A DNA stretch of 64,000 nucleotides from Auanema rhodensis (lineage: Eukaryota > Animalia > Nematoda): assembly GCA_964057225.1 (NCBI GenBank), contig OZ059894.1, positions 20,274,001-20,338,000 of the forward strand. The letters are read 5' to 3'. Positions 23,040 to 38,239 of the stretch are shown in pieces. The notes under the pieces are model-generated. The model was given only the letters and a program-made list of their open reading frames with translations. It did no database searches and was not told the DNA's origin. The position numbers and the translations under genes are program-made. Numbering within the stretch: the stretch's first letter is position 1; every line of letters begins with the position of its first letter.

Positions 23040-25185
23040 AAATTAGCAAAAAGTAGATGTTTTTAGATTCCTTTTTTCAAGGCAAAGATGATGGACATTG
23101 TTATTCAACAAAAAAATTAATTCTTCAGAGTGAAAATCGAGGATATAAGTGTGAACTTACATCAGTTGATATCTCGGTGCATTTTTAAGCTAGCGCAAAT
23201 CTGATAACACAGATCGACGCAGCTTAAAAATCCGCATCGAATGCACTATACTACATTGAGAAACGCTTAATACAAAAATTAGTTATAATCGTTTGAAAAA
23301 TGATGCATTAGTGTATGTTGAGTTTCCATGTACACTCAACATTGCTTCCAAAAACATTTTGACAAAAATTTTTTCGAAAAATTTCAGAATAATTTAGCGA
23401 AAAGTAGCTGTTTTTAGATTCCTTTTTTCAAGGCAAAGACGATGGACAATGTTATTCAACGAAAAAATTAATTCTTCAGGGTGAAAATCGAGGATATAAG
23501 TGTGAACTTATATCAGTTGATATCTCGGTGCATTTTTAAGCTAGCGCAAATCTGATAACACAGATCGACGCAGCTTAAAAATTCGCATCGCATGCACTAT
23601 ACTACATTGAGAAACGCTTAATACAAAAATTAGTTATAATCGTTTGAAAAATGATGCATTAGTGTATGTTGAGTTTCCATGTACACTCAACATTGCTTCC
23701 AAAAACATTTTGACAAAAATTTTTTCGAAAAATTTCAAAATAATTTAGCAAAAAGTAGATGTTTTTAGATTCCTTTTTTCAAGGCAAAGACGATGGACAA
23801 TGTTATTCAACGAAAAAATTAATTCTTCAGGGTGAAAATCGAGGATATAAGTGTGAACTTATATCAGTTGATATCTCGGTGCATTTTCAAGCTAGCGCAA
23901 ATCTGATAACACAGATCGACGCAGCTTAAAAATCCGCATCGAATGCACTATACTACATTGAAAAACGCTTAATACAAAAATTAGTTATGATCGTTTCAAA
24001 AATGATGCATTAAATGTTGAGTTTCCATGTACACTCAACATTGCTTCCAAAAACATTTTGACAAAAATTTTTTCGAAAAATTTCAGAATAAATTAGCAAA
24101 AAGTAGATGTTTTTAGATTCCTTTTTTCAAGGCAAAGATGATGGACATTGTTATTCAACAAAAAAATTAATTCTTCAGAGTGAAAATCGAGGATATAAGT
24201 GTGAACTTACATCAGTTGATATCTCGGTGCATTTTTAAGCTAGCGCAAATCTGATAACACAGATCGACGCAGCTTAAAAATCCGCATCGAATGCACTATA
24301 CTACATTGAGAAACGCTTAATACAAAAATTAGTTATAATCGTTTGAAAAATGATGCATTAGTGTATGTTGAGTTTCCATGTACACTCAACATTGCTTCCA
24401 AAAACATTTTGACAAAAATTTTTTCGAAAAATTTCAGAATAATTTAGCGAAAAGTAGCTGTTTTTAGATTCCTTTTTTCAAGGCAAAGACGATGGACAAT
24501 GTTATTCAACGAAAAAATTAATTCTTCAGGGTGAAAATCGAGGATATAAGTGTGAACTTATATCAGTTGATATCTCGGTGCATTTTTAAGCTAGCGCAAA
24601 TCTGATAACACAGATCGACGCAGCTTAAAAATTCGCATCGCATGCACTATACTACATTGAGAAACGCTTAATACAAAAATTAGTTATAATCGTTTGAAAA
24701 ATGATGCATTAGTGTATGTTGAGTTTCCATGTACACTCAACATTGCTTCCAAAAACATTTTGACAAAAATTTTTTCGAAAAATTTCAAAATAATTTAGCA
24801 AAAAGTAGATGTTTTTAGATTCCTTTTTTCAAGGCAAAGACGATGGACAATGTTATTCAACGAAAAAATTAATTCTTCAGGGTGAAAATCGAGGATATAA
24901 GTGTGAACTTATATCAGTTGATATCTCGGTGCATTTTCAAGCTAGCGCAAATCTGATAACACAGATCGACGCAGCTTAAAAATCCGCATCGAATGCACTA
25001 TACTACATTGAAAAACGCTTAATACAAAAATTAGTTATGATCGTTTCAAAAATGATGCATTAAATGTTGAGTTTCCATGTACACTCAACATTGCTTCCAA
25101 AAACATTTTGACAAAAATTTTTTCGAAAAATTTCAGAATAAATTAGCAAAAAGTAGATGTTTTTAGATTCCTTTTTTCAAGGCAA
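23040..25185. repeat. Higher-order repeat: trimer (1050 bp, includes a 348-bp monomer) x2
   Basis: GATGATGGACATTG, CTTACATC, ATTCGCATCGCATGC and the GCATTAAATG deletion all recur at a 1050 offset. End points are approximate. Confidence 0.85.
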
Positions 25186-25956
25186 AGACGATGGACAATG
25201 TTATTCAACGAAAAAATTAATTCTTCAGAGTGAAAATCGAGGATATAAGTGTGAACTTATATCAGTTGATATCTCGGTGCATTTTTAAGCTAGCGCAAAT
25301 CTGATAACACAGATCGACGCAGCTTAAAAATTCGCATCGAATGCACTATACTACATTGAGAAACGCTTAATACAAAAATTAGTTATGATCGTTTGAAAAA
25401 TGATGCATTAGTGTATGTTGAGTTTCCATGTACACTCAACATTGCTTCCAAAAACATTTTGACAAAAATTTTTTCGAAAAATTTCAGAATAATTTAGCGA
25501 AAAGTAGCTGTTTTTAGATTCCTTTTTTCAAGGCAAAGACGATGGACAATGTTATTCAACGAAAAAATTAATTCTTCAGGGTGAAAATCGAGGATATAAG
25601 TGTGAACTTATATCAGTTGATATCTCGGTGCATTTTTAAGCTAGCGCAAATCTGATAACACAGATCGACGCAGCTTAAAAATTCGCATCAAATGCACTAT
25701 ACTACATTGAGAAACGCTTAATACAAAAATTAGTTATAATCGTTTGAAAAATGATGCATTAGTGTATGTTGAGTTTCCATGTACACTCAACATTGCTTCC
25801 AAAAACATTTTGACAAAAATTTTTTCGAAAAATTTCAGAATAATTTAGCGAAAAGTAGCTGTTTTTAGATTCCTTTTTTCAAGGCAAAGACGATGGACAA
25901 TGTTATTCAACGAAAAAATTAATTCTTCAGGGTGAAAATCGAGGATATAAGTGTGA

Positions 25957-28765
25957 ACTTATATCAGTTGCTATCTCGGTGCATTTTTAAGCTAGCGCAA
26001 ATCTGATAACACAGATCGACGCAGCTTAAAAATCCGCATCGAATGCACTATACCACATTGAGAAACGCTTAATACAAAAATTAGTTATGATCGTTTGAAA
26101 AATGATGCATTAGTGTATGTTGAGTTTCCATGTACACTCAACATTGCTTCCAAAAACATTTTGACAAAAATTTTTTCGAAAAATTTCGAAATAAATTAGC
26201 AAAAAGTAGATGTTTTTAGATTCCTTTTTTCAAGGCAAAGACGATGGACAATGTTATTCAACGAAAAAATTAATTCTTCAGGGTGAAAATCGAGGATATA
26301 AGTGTGAACTTATATCAGTTGATATCTCGGTGCATTTTTAAGCTAGCGCAAATCTGATAACACAGATCGACGCAGCTTAAAAATCCGCATCGAATGCACT
26401 ATACTACATTGAGAAACGCTTAATACAAAAATTAGTTATGATCGTTTGAAAAATGATGCATTAGTGTATGTTGAGTTTCCATGTACACTCAACATTGCTT
26501 CCAAAAACATTTTGACAAAAATTTTTTCGAAAAATTTCAAAATAATTTAGCAAAAAGTAGATGTTTTTAGATTCCTTTTTTCAAGGCAAAGACGATGGAC
26601 AATGTTATTCAACGAAAAAATTAATTCTTCAGGGTGAAAATCGAGGATATAAGTGTGAACTTATATCAGTTGATATCTCGGTGCATTTTTAAGCTAGCGC
26701 AAATCTGATAACACAGATCGACGCAGCTTAAAAATCCGCATCGAATGCACTATACTACATTGAGAAACGCTTAATACAAAAATTAGTTATGATCGTTTGA
26801 AAAATGATGCATTAGTGTATGTTGAGTTTCCATGTACACTCAACATTGCTTCCAAAAACATTTTGACAAAAATTTTTTCGAAAAATTTCAAAATAATTTA
26901 GCAAAAAGTAGATGTTTTTAGATTCCTTTTTTCAAGGCAAAGACGATGGACAATGTTATTCAACGAAAAAATTAATTCTCGAGGGTGAAAATCGAGGATA
27001 TAAGTGTGAACTTATATCAGTTGATATCTCGGTGCATTTTTAAGCTAGCGCAAATCTGATAACACAGATCGACGCAGCTTAAAAATCCGCATCGAATGCA
27101 CTATACTACATTGAGAATCGCTTAATACAAAAATTAGTTATGATCGTTTGAAAAATGATGCATTAGTGTATGTTGAGTTTCCATGTACACTCAACATTGC
27201 TTCCAAAAACATTTTGACAAAAATTTTTTCGAAAAATTTCAGAATAATTTAGCGAAAAGTAGCTGTTTTTAGATTCCTTTTTTCAAGGCAAAGACGATGG
27301 ACAATGTTATTCAACGAAAAAACTAATTCTTCGGGGTGAAAATCTGAGGATATAAGTGTGAACTTATATCAGTTGATATCTCGGTGCATTTTTAAGCTAG
27401 CGCAAATCTGATAACACAGATCGACGCAGCTTAAAAATCCGCATCGAATGCACTATATTACATTGAGAAACGCTTAATACAAAAATTAGTTATGATCGTT
27501 TGAAAAATGATGCATTAGTGTATGTTGAGTTTCCATGTACACTCAACATTGCTTCCAAAAACATTTTGACAAAAATTTTTTCGAAAAATTTCGAAATAAA
27601 TTAGCAAAAAGTAGATGTTTTTAGATTCCTTTTTTCAAGGCAAAGACGATGGACAATGTTATTCAACGAAAAAATTAATTCTTCAGGGTGAAAATCGAGG
27701 ATATAAGTGTGAACTTATATCAGTTGATATCTCGGTGCATTTTTAAGCTAGCGCAAATCTGATAACACAGATCGACGCAGCTTAAAAATCCGCATCGAAT
27801 GCACTATACTACATTGAGAAACGCTTAATACAAAAATTAGTTATGATCGTTTGAAAAATGATGCATTAGTGTATGTTGAGTTTCCATGTACACTCAACAT
27901 TGCTTCCAAAAACATTTTGACAAAAATTTTTTCGAAAAATTTCAAAATAATTTAGCAAAAAGTAGATGTTTTTAGATTCCTTTTTTCAAGGCAAAGACGA
28001 TGGACAATGTTATTCAACGAAAAAATTAATTCTTCAGGGTGAAAATCGAGGATATAAGTGTGAACTTATATCAGTTGATATCTCGGTGCATTTTTAAGCT
28101 AGCGCAAATCTGATAACACAGATCGACGCAGCTTAAAAATCCGCATCGAATGCACTATACTACATTGAGAAACGCTTAATACAAAAATTAGTTATGATCG
28201 TTTGAAAAATGATGCATTAGTGTATGTTGAGTTTCCATGTACACTCAACATTGCTTCCAAAAACATTTTGACAAAAATTTTTTCGAAAAATTTCAAAATA
28301 ATTTAGCAAAAAGTAGATGTTTTTAGATTCCTTTTTTCAAGGCAAAGACGATGGACAATGTTATTCAACGAAAAAATTAATTCTCGAGGGTGAAAATCGA
28401 GGATATAAGTGTGAACTTATATCAGTTGATATCTCGGTGCATTTTTAAGCTAGCGCAAATCTGATAACACAGATCGACGCAGCTTAAAAATCCGCATCGA
28501 ATGCACTATACTACATTGAGAATCGCTTAATACAAAAATTAGTTATGATCGTTTGAAAAATGATGCATTAGTGTATGTTGAGTTTCCATGTACACTCAAC
28601 ATTGCTTCCAAAAACATTTTGACAAAAATTTTTTCGAAAAATTTCAGAATAATTTAGCGAAAAGTAGCTGTTTTTAGATTCCTTTTTTCAAGGCAAAGAC
28701 GATGGACAATGTTATTCAACGAAAAAATTAATTCTTCAGGGTGAAAATCGAGGATATAAGTGTGA
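25957..28765. repeat. Higher-order repeat: 4-monomer unit x2 (m75-78, m79-82)
   Basis: The TTCGAAATAAAT copy, consensus copy, XhoI CTCGAG copy (26978, 28383) and GAGAATCG+GCGAAAAGTAGCTG copy repeat at a 1405 offset. Confidence 0.8.
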
Positions 28766-31700
28766 ACTTATATCAGTTGATATCTCGGTGCATTTTTAAG
28801 CTAGCGCAAATCTGATAACACAGATCGACGCAGCTTAAAAATTCGCATCGCATGCACTATACTACATTGAGAAACGCTTAATACAAAAATTAGTTATAAT
28901 CGTTTGAAAAATGATGCATTAGTGTATGTTGAGTTTCCATGTACACTCAACATTGCTTCCAAAAACATTTTGACAAAAATTTTTTCGAAAAATTTCAAAA
29001 TAATTTAGCAAAAAGTAGATGTTTTTAGATTCCTTTTTTCAAGGCAAAGACGATGGACAATGTTATTCAACGAAAAAATTAATTCTTCAGGGTGAAAATC
29101 GAGGATATAAGTGTGAACTTATATCAGTTGATATCTCGGTGCATTTTCAAGCTAGCGCAAATCTGATAACACAGATCGACGCAGCTTAAAAATCCGCATC
29201 GAATGCACTATACTACATAGAAAAACGCTTAATACAAAAATTAGTTATGATCGTTTAAAAAATGATGCATTAAATGTTGAGTTTCCATGTACACTCAACA
29301 TTGCTTCCAAAAACATTTTGACAAAAATTTTTTCGAAAAATTTCAGAATAAATTAGCAAAAAGTAGATGTTTTTAGATTCCTTTTTTCAAGGCAAAGACG
29401 ATGGACAATGTTATTCAACGAAAAAATTAATTCTTCAGAGTGAAAATCGAGGATATAAGTGTGAACTTATATCAGTTGATATCTCGGTGCATTTTTAAGC
29501 TAGCGCAAATCTGATAACACAGATCGACGCAGCTTAAAAATTCGCATCGAATGCACTATACTACATTGAGAAACGCTTAATACAAAAATTAGTTATGATC
29601 GTTTGAAAAATGATGCATTAGTGTATGTTGAGTTTCCATGTACACTCAACATTGCTTCCAAAAACATTTTGACAAAAATTTTTTCGAAAAATTTCAGAAT
29701 AATTTAGCGAAAAGTAGCTGTTTTTAGATTCCTTTTTTCAAGGCAAAGACGATGGACAATGTTATTCAACGAAAAAATTAATTCTTCAGGGTGAAAATCG
29801 AGGATATAAGTGTGAACTTATATCAGTTGCTATCTCGGTGCATTTTTAAGCTAGCGCAAATCTGATAACACAGATCGACGCAGCTTAAAAATCCGCATCG
29901 AATGCACTATACCACATTGAGAAACGCTTAATACAAAAATTAGTTATGATCGTTTGAAAAATGATGCATTAGTGTATGTTGAGTTTCCATGTACACTCAA
30001 CATTGCTTCCAAAAACATTTTGACAAAAATTTTTTCGAAAAATTTCGAAATAAATTAGCAAAAAGTAGATGTTTTTAGATTCCTTTTTTCAAGGCAAAGA
30101 CGATGGACAATGTTATTCAACGAAAAAATTAATTCTTCAGGGTGAAAATCGAGGATATAAGTGTGAACTTATATCAGTTGATATCTCGGTGCATTTTTAA
30201 GCTAGCGCAAATCTGATAACACAGATCGACGCAGCTTAAAAATCCGCATCGAATGCACTATACTACATTGAGAAACGCTTAATACAAAAATTAGTTATGA
30301 TCGTTTGAAAAATGATGCATTAGTGTATGTTGAGTTTCCATGTACACTCAACATTGCTTCCAAAAACATTTTGACAAAAATTTTTTCGAAAAATTTCAAA
30401 ATAATTTAGCAAAAAGTAGATGTTTTTAGATTCCTTTTTTCAAGGCAAAGACGATGGACAATGTTATTCAACGAAAAAATTAATTCTTCAGGGTGAAAAT
30501 CGAGGATATAAGTGTGAACTTATATCAGTTGATATCTCGGTGCATTTTTAAGCTAGCGCAAATCTGATAACACAGATCGACGCAGCTTAAAAATCCGCAT
30601 CGAATGCACTATACTACATTGAGAAACGCTTAATACAAAAATTAGTTATGATCGTTTGAAAAATGATGCATTAGTGTATGTTGAGTTTCCATGTACACTC
30701 AACATTGCTTCCAAAAACATTTTGACAAAAATTTTTTCGAAAAATTTCAAAATAATTTAGCAAAAAGTAGATGTTTTTAGATTCCTTTTTTCAAGGCAAA
30801 GACGATGGACAATGTTATTCAACGAAAAAATTAATTCTTGAGGGTGAAAATCGAGGATATAAGTGTGAACTTATATCAGTTGATATCTCGGTGCATTTTT
30901 AAGCTAGCGCAAATCTGATAACACAGATCGACGCAGCTTAAAAATCCGCATCGAATGCACTATACTACATTGAGAATCGCTTAATACAAAAATTAGTTAT
31001 GATCGTTTGAAAAATGATGCATTAGTGTATGTTGAGTTTCCATGTACACTCAACATTGCTTCCAAAAACATTTTGACAAAAATTTTTTCGAAAAATTTCA
31101 AAATAATTTAGCAAAAAGTAGATGTTTTTAGATTCCTTTTTTCAAGGCAAAGACGATGGACAATGTTATTCAACGAAAAAATTAATTCTTGAGGGTGAAA
31201 ATCGAGGATATAAGTGTGAACTTATATCAGTTGATATCTCGGTGCATTTTTAAGCTAGCGCAAATCTGATAACACAGATCGACGCAGCTTAAAAATCCGC
31301 ATCGAATGCACTATACTACATTGAGAAACGCTTAATACAAAAATTAGTTATGATCGTTTGAAAAATGATGCATTAGTGTATGTTGAGTTTCCATGTACAC
31401 TCAACATTGCTTCCAAAAACATTTTGACAAAAATTTTTTCGAAAAATTTCAAAATAATTTAGCAAAAAGTAGATGTTTTTAGATTCCTTTTTTCAAGGCA
31501 AAGACGATGGACAATGTTATTCAACGAAAAAATTAATTCTTGAGGGTGAAAATCGAGGATATAAGTGTGAACTTATATCAGTTGATATCTCGGTGCATTT
31601 TTAAGCTAGCGCAAATCTGATAACACAGATCGACGCAGCTTAAAAATCCGCATCGAATGCACTATACTACATTGAGAAACGCTTCATACAAAAATTAGTT

Positions 31701-33325
31701 ATGATCGTTTGAAAAATGATGCATTAGTGTATGTTGAGTTTCCATGTACACTCAACATTGCTTCCAAAAACATTTTGACAAAAATTTTTTCGAAAAATTT
31801 CAAAATAATTTAGCAAAAAGTAGATGTTTTTAGATTCCTTTTTTCAAGGCAAAGACGATGGACAATGTTATTCAACGAAAAAATTAATTCTTGAGGGTGA
31901 AAATCGAGGATATAAGTGTGAACTTATATCAGTTGATATCTCGGTGCATTTTTAAGCTAGCGCAAATCTGATAACACAGATCGACGCAGCTTAAAAATCC
32001 GCATCGAATGCACTATACTACATTGAGAAACGCTTAATACAAAAATTAGTTATGATCGTTTGAAAAATGATGCATTAGTGTATGTTGAGTTTCCATGTAC
32101 ACTCAACATTGCTTCCAAAAACATTTTGACAAAAATTTTTTCGAAAAATTTCAAAATAATTTAGCAAAAAGTAGATGTTTTTAGATTCCTTTTTTCAAGG
32201 CAAAGACGATGGACAATGTTATTCAACGAAAAAATTGATTCTTCAGGGTGAAAATCGAGGATATAAGTGTGAACTTATATCAGTTGATATCTCGATGCAT
32301 TTTTAAGCTAGCGCAAATCTGATAACACAGATCGACGCAGCTTAAAAATCCGCATCGAATGCACTATACTACATTGAGAAACGCTTGATACAAAAATTAG
32401 TTATGATCGTTTGGAAAATGATGCATTAGTGTATGTTGAGTTTCCATGTACACTCAACATTGCTTCCAAAAACATTTTGACAAAAATTTTTTCGAAAAAT
32501 TTCAAAATAAATTAGCAAAAAGTAGATGTTTTTAGATTCCTTTTTTCAAGGCAAAGATGATGGACAATGTTATTCAACAAAAAAATTAATTCTTCAGAGT
32601 GAAAATCGAGGATATAAGTGTGAACTTACATCAGTTGATATCTCGGTGCATTTTTAAGCTAGCGCAAATCTGATAACACAGATCGACGCAGCTTAAAAAT
32701 CCGCATCGAATGCACTATACTACATTGAGAAACGCTTAATACAAAAATTAGTTATGATCGTTTGAAAAATGATGCATTAGTGTATGTTGAGTTTCCATGT
32801 ACACTCAACATTGCTTCCAAAAACATTTTGACAAAAAGTTTTTCGAAAAATTTCAGAATAATTTAGCAAAAAGTAGATGTTTTTAGATTCCTTTTTTCAA
32901 GGCAAAGACGATGGACAATGTTATTCAACGAAAAAATTAATTCTTCAGGGTGAAAATCGAGGATATAAGTGTGAACTTATATCAGTTGATATCTCGGTGC
33001 ATTTTTAAGCTAGCGCAAATCTGATAACACAGATCGACGCAGCTTAAAAATTCGCATCAAATGCACTATACTACATTGAGAAACGCTTAATACAAAAATT
33101 AGTTATAATCGTTTGAAAAATGATGCATTAGTGTATGTTGAGTTTCCATGTACACTCAACATTGCTTCCAAAAACATTTTGACAAAAATTTTTTCGAAAA
33201 ATTTCAGAATAATTTAGCGAAAAGTAGCTGTTTTTAGATTCCTTTTTTCAAGGCAAAGACGATGGACAATGTTATTCAACGAAAAAATTAATTCTTCAGG
33301 GTGAAAATCGAGGATATAAGTGTGA

Positions 33326-36300
33326 ACTTATATCAGTTGCTATCTCGGTGCATTTTTAAGCTAGCGCAAATCTGATAACACAGATCGACGCAGCTTAAAA
33401 ATCCGCATCGAATGCACTATACTACATTGAGAAACGCTTAATACAAAAATTAGTTATGATCGTTTGAAAAATGATGCATTAGTGTATGTTGAGTTTCCAT
33501 GTACACTCAACATTGCTTCCAAAAACATTTTGACAAAAATTTTTTCGAAAAATTTCAAAATAATTTAGCAAAAAGTAGATGTTTTTAGATTCCTTTTTTC
33601 AAGGCAAAGACGATGGACAAGGTTATTCAACGAAAAAATTAATTCTTGAGGGTGAAAATCGAGGATATAAGTGTGAACTTATATCAGTTGATATCTCGGT
33701 GCATTTTTAAGCTAGCGCAAATCTGATAACACAGATCGACGCAGCTTAAAAATCCGCATCGAATGCACTATACTACATTGAGAATCGCTTAATACAAAAA
33801 TTAGTTATGATCGTTTGAAAAATGATGCATTAGTGTATGTTGAGTTTCCATGTACACTCAACATTGCTTCCAAAAACATTTTGACAAAAATTTTTTCGAA
33901 AAATTTCAAAATAATTTAGCAAAAAGTAGATGTTTTTAGATTCCTTTTTTCAAGGCAAAGACGATGGACAATGTTATTCAACGAAAAAATTAATTCTTGA
34001 GGGTGAAAATCGAGGATATAAGTGTGAACTTATATCAGTTGATATCTCGGTGCATTTTTAAGCTAGCGCAAATCTGATAACACAGATCGACGCAGCTTAA
34101 AAATCCGCATCGAATGCACTATACTACATTGAGAAACGCTTAATACAAAAATTAGTTATGATCGTTTGAAAAATGATGCATTAGTGTATGTTGAGTTTCC
34201 ATGTACACTCAACATTGCTTCCAAAAACATTTTGACAAAAATTTTTTCGAAAAATTTCAGAATAATTTAGCAAAAAGTAGATGTTTTTAGATTCCTTTTT
34301 TCAAGGCAAAGACGATGGACAATGTTATTCAACGAAAAAATTAATTCTTGAGGGTGAAAATCGAGGATATAAGTGTGAACTTATATCAGTTGATATCTCG
34401 GTGCATTTTTAAGCTAGCGCAAATCTGATAACACAGATCGACGCAGCTTAAAAATCCGCATCGAATGCACTATACTACATTGAGAATCGCTTAATACAAA
34501 AATTAGTTATGATCGTTTGAAAAATGATGCATTAGTGTATGTTGAGTTTCCATGTACACTCAACATTGCTTCCAAAAACATTTTGACAAAAATTTTTTCG
34601 AAAAATTTCAAAATAATTTAGCAAAAAGTAGATGTTTTTAGATTCCTTTTTTCAAGGCAAAGACGATGGACAATGTTATTCAACGAAAAAATTAATTCTT
34701 GAGGGTGAAAATCGAGGATATAAGTGTGAACTTATATCAGTTGATATCTCGGTGCATTTTTAAGCTAGCGCAAATCTGATAACACAGATCGACGCAGCTT
34801 AAAAATCCGCATCGAATGCACTATACTACATTGAGAAACGCTTAATACAAAAATTAGTTATGATCGTTTGAAAAATGATGCATTAGTGTATGTTGAGTTT
34901 CCATGTACACTCAACATTGCTTCCAAAAACATTTTGACAAAAATTTTTTCGAAAAATTTCAGAATAATTTAGCAAAAAGTAGATGTTTTTAGATTCCTTT
35001 TTTCAAGGCAAAGACGATGGACAATGTTATTCAACGAAAAAATTAATTCTTGAGGGTGAAAATCGAGGATATAAGTGTGAACTTATATCAGTTGATATCT
35101 CGGTGCATTTTTAAGCTAGCGCAAATCTGATAACACAGATCGACGCAGCTTAAAAATCCGCATCGAATGCACTATACTACATTGAGAAACGCTTAATACA
35201 AAAATTAGTTATGATCGTTTGAAAAATGATGCATTAGTGTATGTTGAGTTTCCATGTACACTCAACATTGCTTCCAAAAACATTTTGACAAAAATTTTTT
35301 CGAAAAATTTCAAAATAATTTAGCAAAAAGTAGATGTTTTTAGATTCCTTTTTTCAAGGCAAAGACGATGGACAATGTTATTCAACGAAAAAATTAATTC
35401 TTGAGGGTGAAAATCGAGGATATAAGTGTGAACTTATATCAGTTGATATCTCGGTGCATTTTTAAGCTAGCGCAAATCTGATAACACAGATCGACGCAGC
35501 TTAAAAATCCGCATCGAATGCACTATACTACATTGAGAAACGCTTAATACAAAAATTAGTTATGATCGTTTGAAAAATGATGCATTAGTGTATGTTGAGT
35601 TTCCATGTACACTCAACATTGCTTCCAAAAACATTTTGACAAAAATTTTTTCGAAAAATTTCAAAATAATTTAGCAAAAAGTAGATGTTTTTAGATTCCT
35701 TTTTTCAAGGCAAAGACGATGGACAATGTTATTCAACGAAAAAATTAATTCTTGAGGGTGAAAATCGAGGATATAAGTGTGAACTTATATCAGTTGCTAT
35801 CTCGGTGCATTTTTAAGCTAGCGCAAATCTGATAACACAGATCGACGCAGCTTAAAAATCCGCATCGAATGCACTATACTACATTGAGAAACGCTTAATA
35901 CAAAAATTAGTTATGATCGTTTGAAAAATGATGCATTAGTGTATGTTGAGTTTCCATGTACACTCAACATTGCTTCCAAAAACATTTTGACAAAAATTTT
36001 TTCGAAAAATTTCAAAATAATTTAGCAAAAAGTAGATGTTTTTAGATTCCTTTTTTCAAGGCAAAGACGATGGACAAGGTTATTCAACGAAAAAATTAAT
36101 TCTTGAGGGTGAAAATCGAGGATATAAGTGTGAACTTATATCAGTTGATATCTCGGTGCATTTTTAAGCTAGCGCAAATCTGATAACACAGATCGACGCA
36201 GCTTAAAAATCCGCATCGAATGCACTATACTACATTGAGAATCGCTTAATACAAAAATTAGTTATGATCGTTTGAAAAATGATGCATTAGTGTATGTTGA

Positions 36301-38239
36301 GTTTCCATGTACACTCAACATTGCTTCCAAAAACATTTTGACAAAAATTTTTTCGAAAAATTTCAAAATAATTTAGCAAAAAGTAGATGTTTTTAGATTC
36401 CTTTTTTCAAGGCAAAGACGATGGACAATGTTATTCAACGAAAAAATTAATTCTTGAGGGTGAAAATCGAGGATATAAGTGTGAACTTATATCAGTTGAT
36501 ATCTCGGTGCATTTTTAAGCTAGCGCAAATCTGATAACACAGATCGACGCAGCTTAAAAATCCGCATCGAATGCACTATACTACATTGAGAAACGCTTAA
36601 TACAAAAATTAGTTACGATCGTTTGAAAAATGATGCATTAGTGTATGTTGAGTTTCCATGTACACTCAACATTGCTTCCAAAAACATTTTGACAAAAATT
36701 TTTTCGAAAAATTTCAGAATAATTTAGCAAAAAGTAGATGTTTTTAGATTCCTTTTTTCAAGGCAAAGACGATGGACAATGTTATTCAACGAAAAAATTA
36801 ATTCTTGAGGGTGAAAATCGAGGATATAAGTGTGAACTTATATCAGTTGATATCTCGGTGCATTTTTAAGCTAGCGCAAATCTGATAACACAGATCGACG
36901 CAGCTTAAAAATCCGCATCGAATGCACTATACTACATTGAGAATCGCTTAATACAAAAATTAGTTATGATCGTTTGAAAAATGATGCATTAGTGTATGTT
37001 GAGTTTCCATGTACACTCAACATTGCTTCCAAAAACATTTTGACAAAAATTTTTTCGAAAAATTTCAAAATAATTTAGCAAAAAGTAGATGTTTTTAGAT
37101 TCCTTTTTTCAAGGCAAAGACGATGGACAATGTTATTCAACGAAAAAATTAATTCTTGAGGGTGAAAATCGAGGATATAAGTGTGAACTTATATCAGTTG
37201 ATATCTCGGTGCATTTTTAAGCTAGCGCAAATCTGATAACACAGATCGACGCAGCTTAAAAATCCGCATCGAATGCACTATACTACATTGAGAAACGCTT
37301 AATACAAAAATTAGTTATGATCGTTTGAAAAATGATGCATTAGTGTATGTTGAGTTTCCATGTACACTCAACATTGCTTCCAAAAACATTTTGACAAAAA
37401 TTTTTTCGAAAAATTTCAGAATAATTTAGCAAAAAGTAGATGTTTTTAGATTCCTTTTTTCAAGGCAAAGACGATGGACAATGTTATTCAACGAAAAAAT
37501 TAATTCTTGAGGGTGAAAATCGAGGATATAAGTGTGAACTTATATCAGTTGATATCTCGGTGCATTTTTAAGCTAGCGCAAATCTGATAACACAGATCGA
37601 CGCAGCTTAAAAATCCGCATCGAATGCACTATACTACATTGAGAAACGCTTAATACAAAAATTAGTTATGATCGTTTGAAAAATGATGCATTAGTGTATG
37701 TTGAGTTTCCATGTACACTCAACATTGCTTCCAAAAACATTTTGACAAAAATTTTTTCGAAAAATTTCAAAATAATTTAGCAAAAAGTAGATGTTTTTAG
37801 ATTCCTTTTTTCAAGGCAAAGACGATGGACAATGTTATTCAACGAAAAAATTAATTCTTGAGGGTGAAAATCGAGGATATAAGTGTGAACTTATATCAGT
37901 TGATATCTCGGTGCATTTTTAAGCTAGCGCAAATCTGATAACACAGATCGACGCAGCTTAAAAATCCGCATCGAATGCACTATACTACATTGAGAAACGC
38001 TTAATACAAAAATTAGTTATGATCGTTTGAAAAATGATGCATTAGTGTATGTTGAGTTTCCATGTACACTCAACATTGCTTCCAAAAACATTTTGACAAA
38101 AATTTTTTCGAAAAATTTCAAAATAATTTAGCAAAAAGTAGATGTTTTTAGATTCCTTTTTTCAAGGCAAAGACGATGGACAATGTTATTCAACGAAAAA
38201 ATTAATTCTTGAGGGTGAAAATCGAGGATATAAGTGTGA
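33326..38239. repeat. Higher-order repeat: 7-monomer unit (2457 bp) x2 with nested dimer (m96-102, m103-109)
   Basis: TTGCTAT+ACAAGGTT copies at 33326 and 35783 are each followed by (GAGAATCG, CAGAAT)x2 and two plain 323G copies. I see one difference (36616). Confidence 0.83.
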
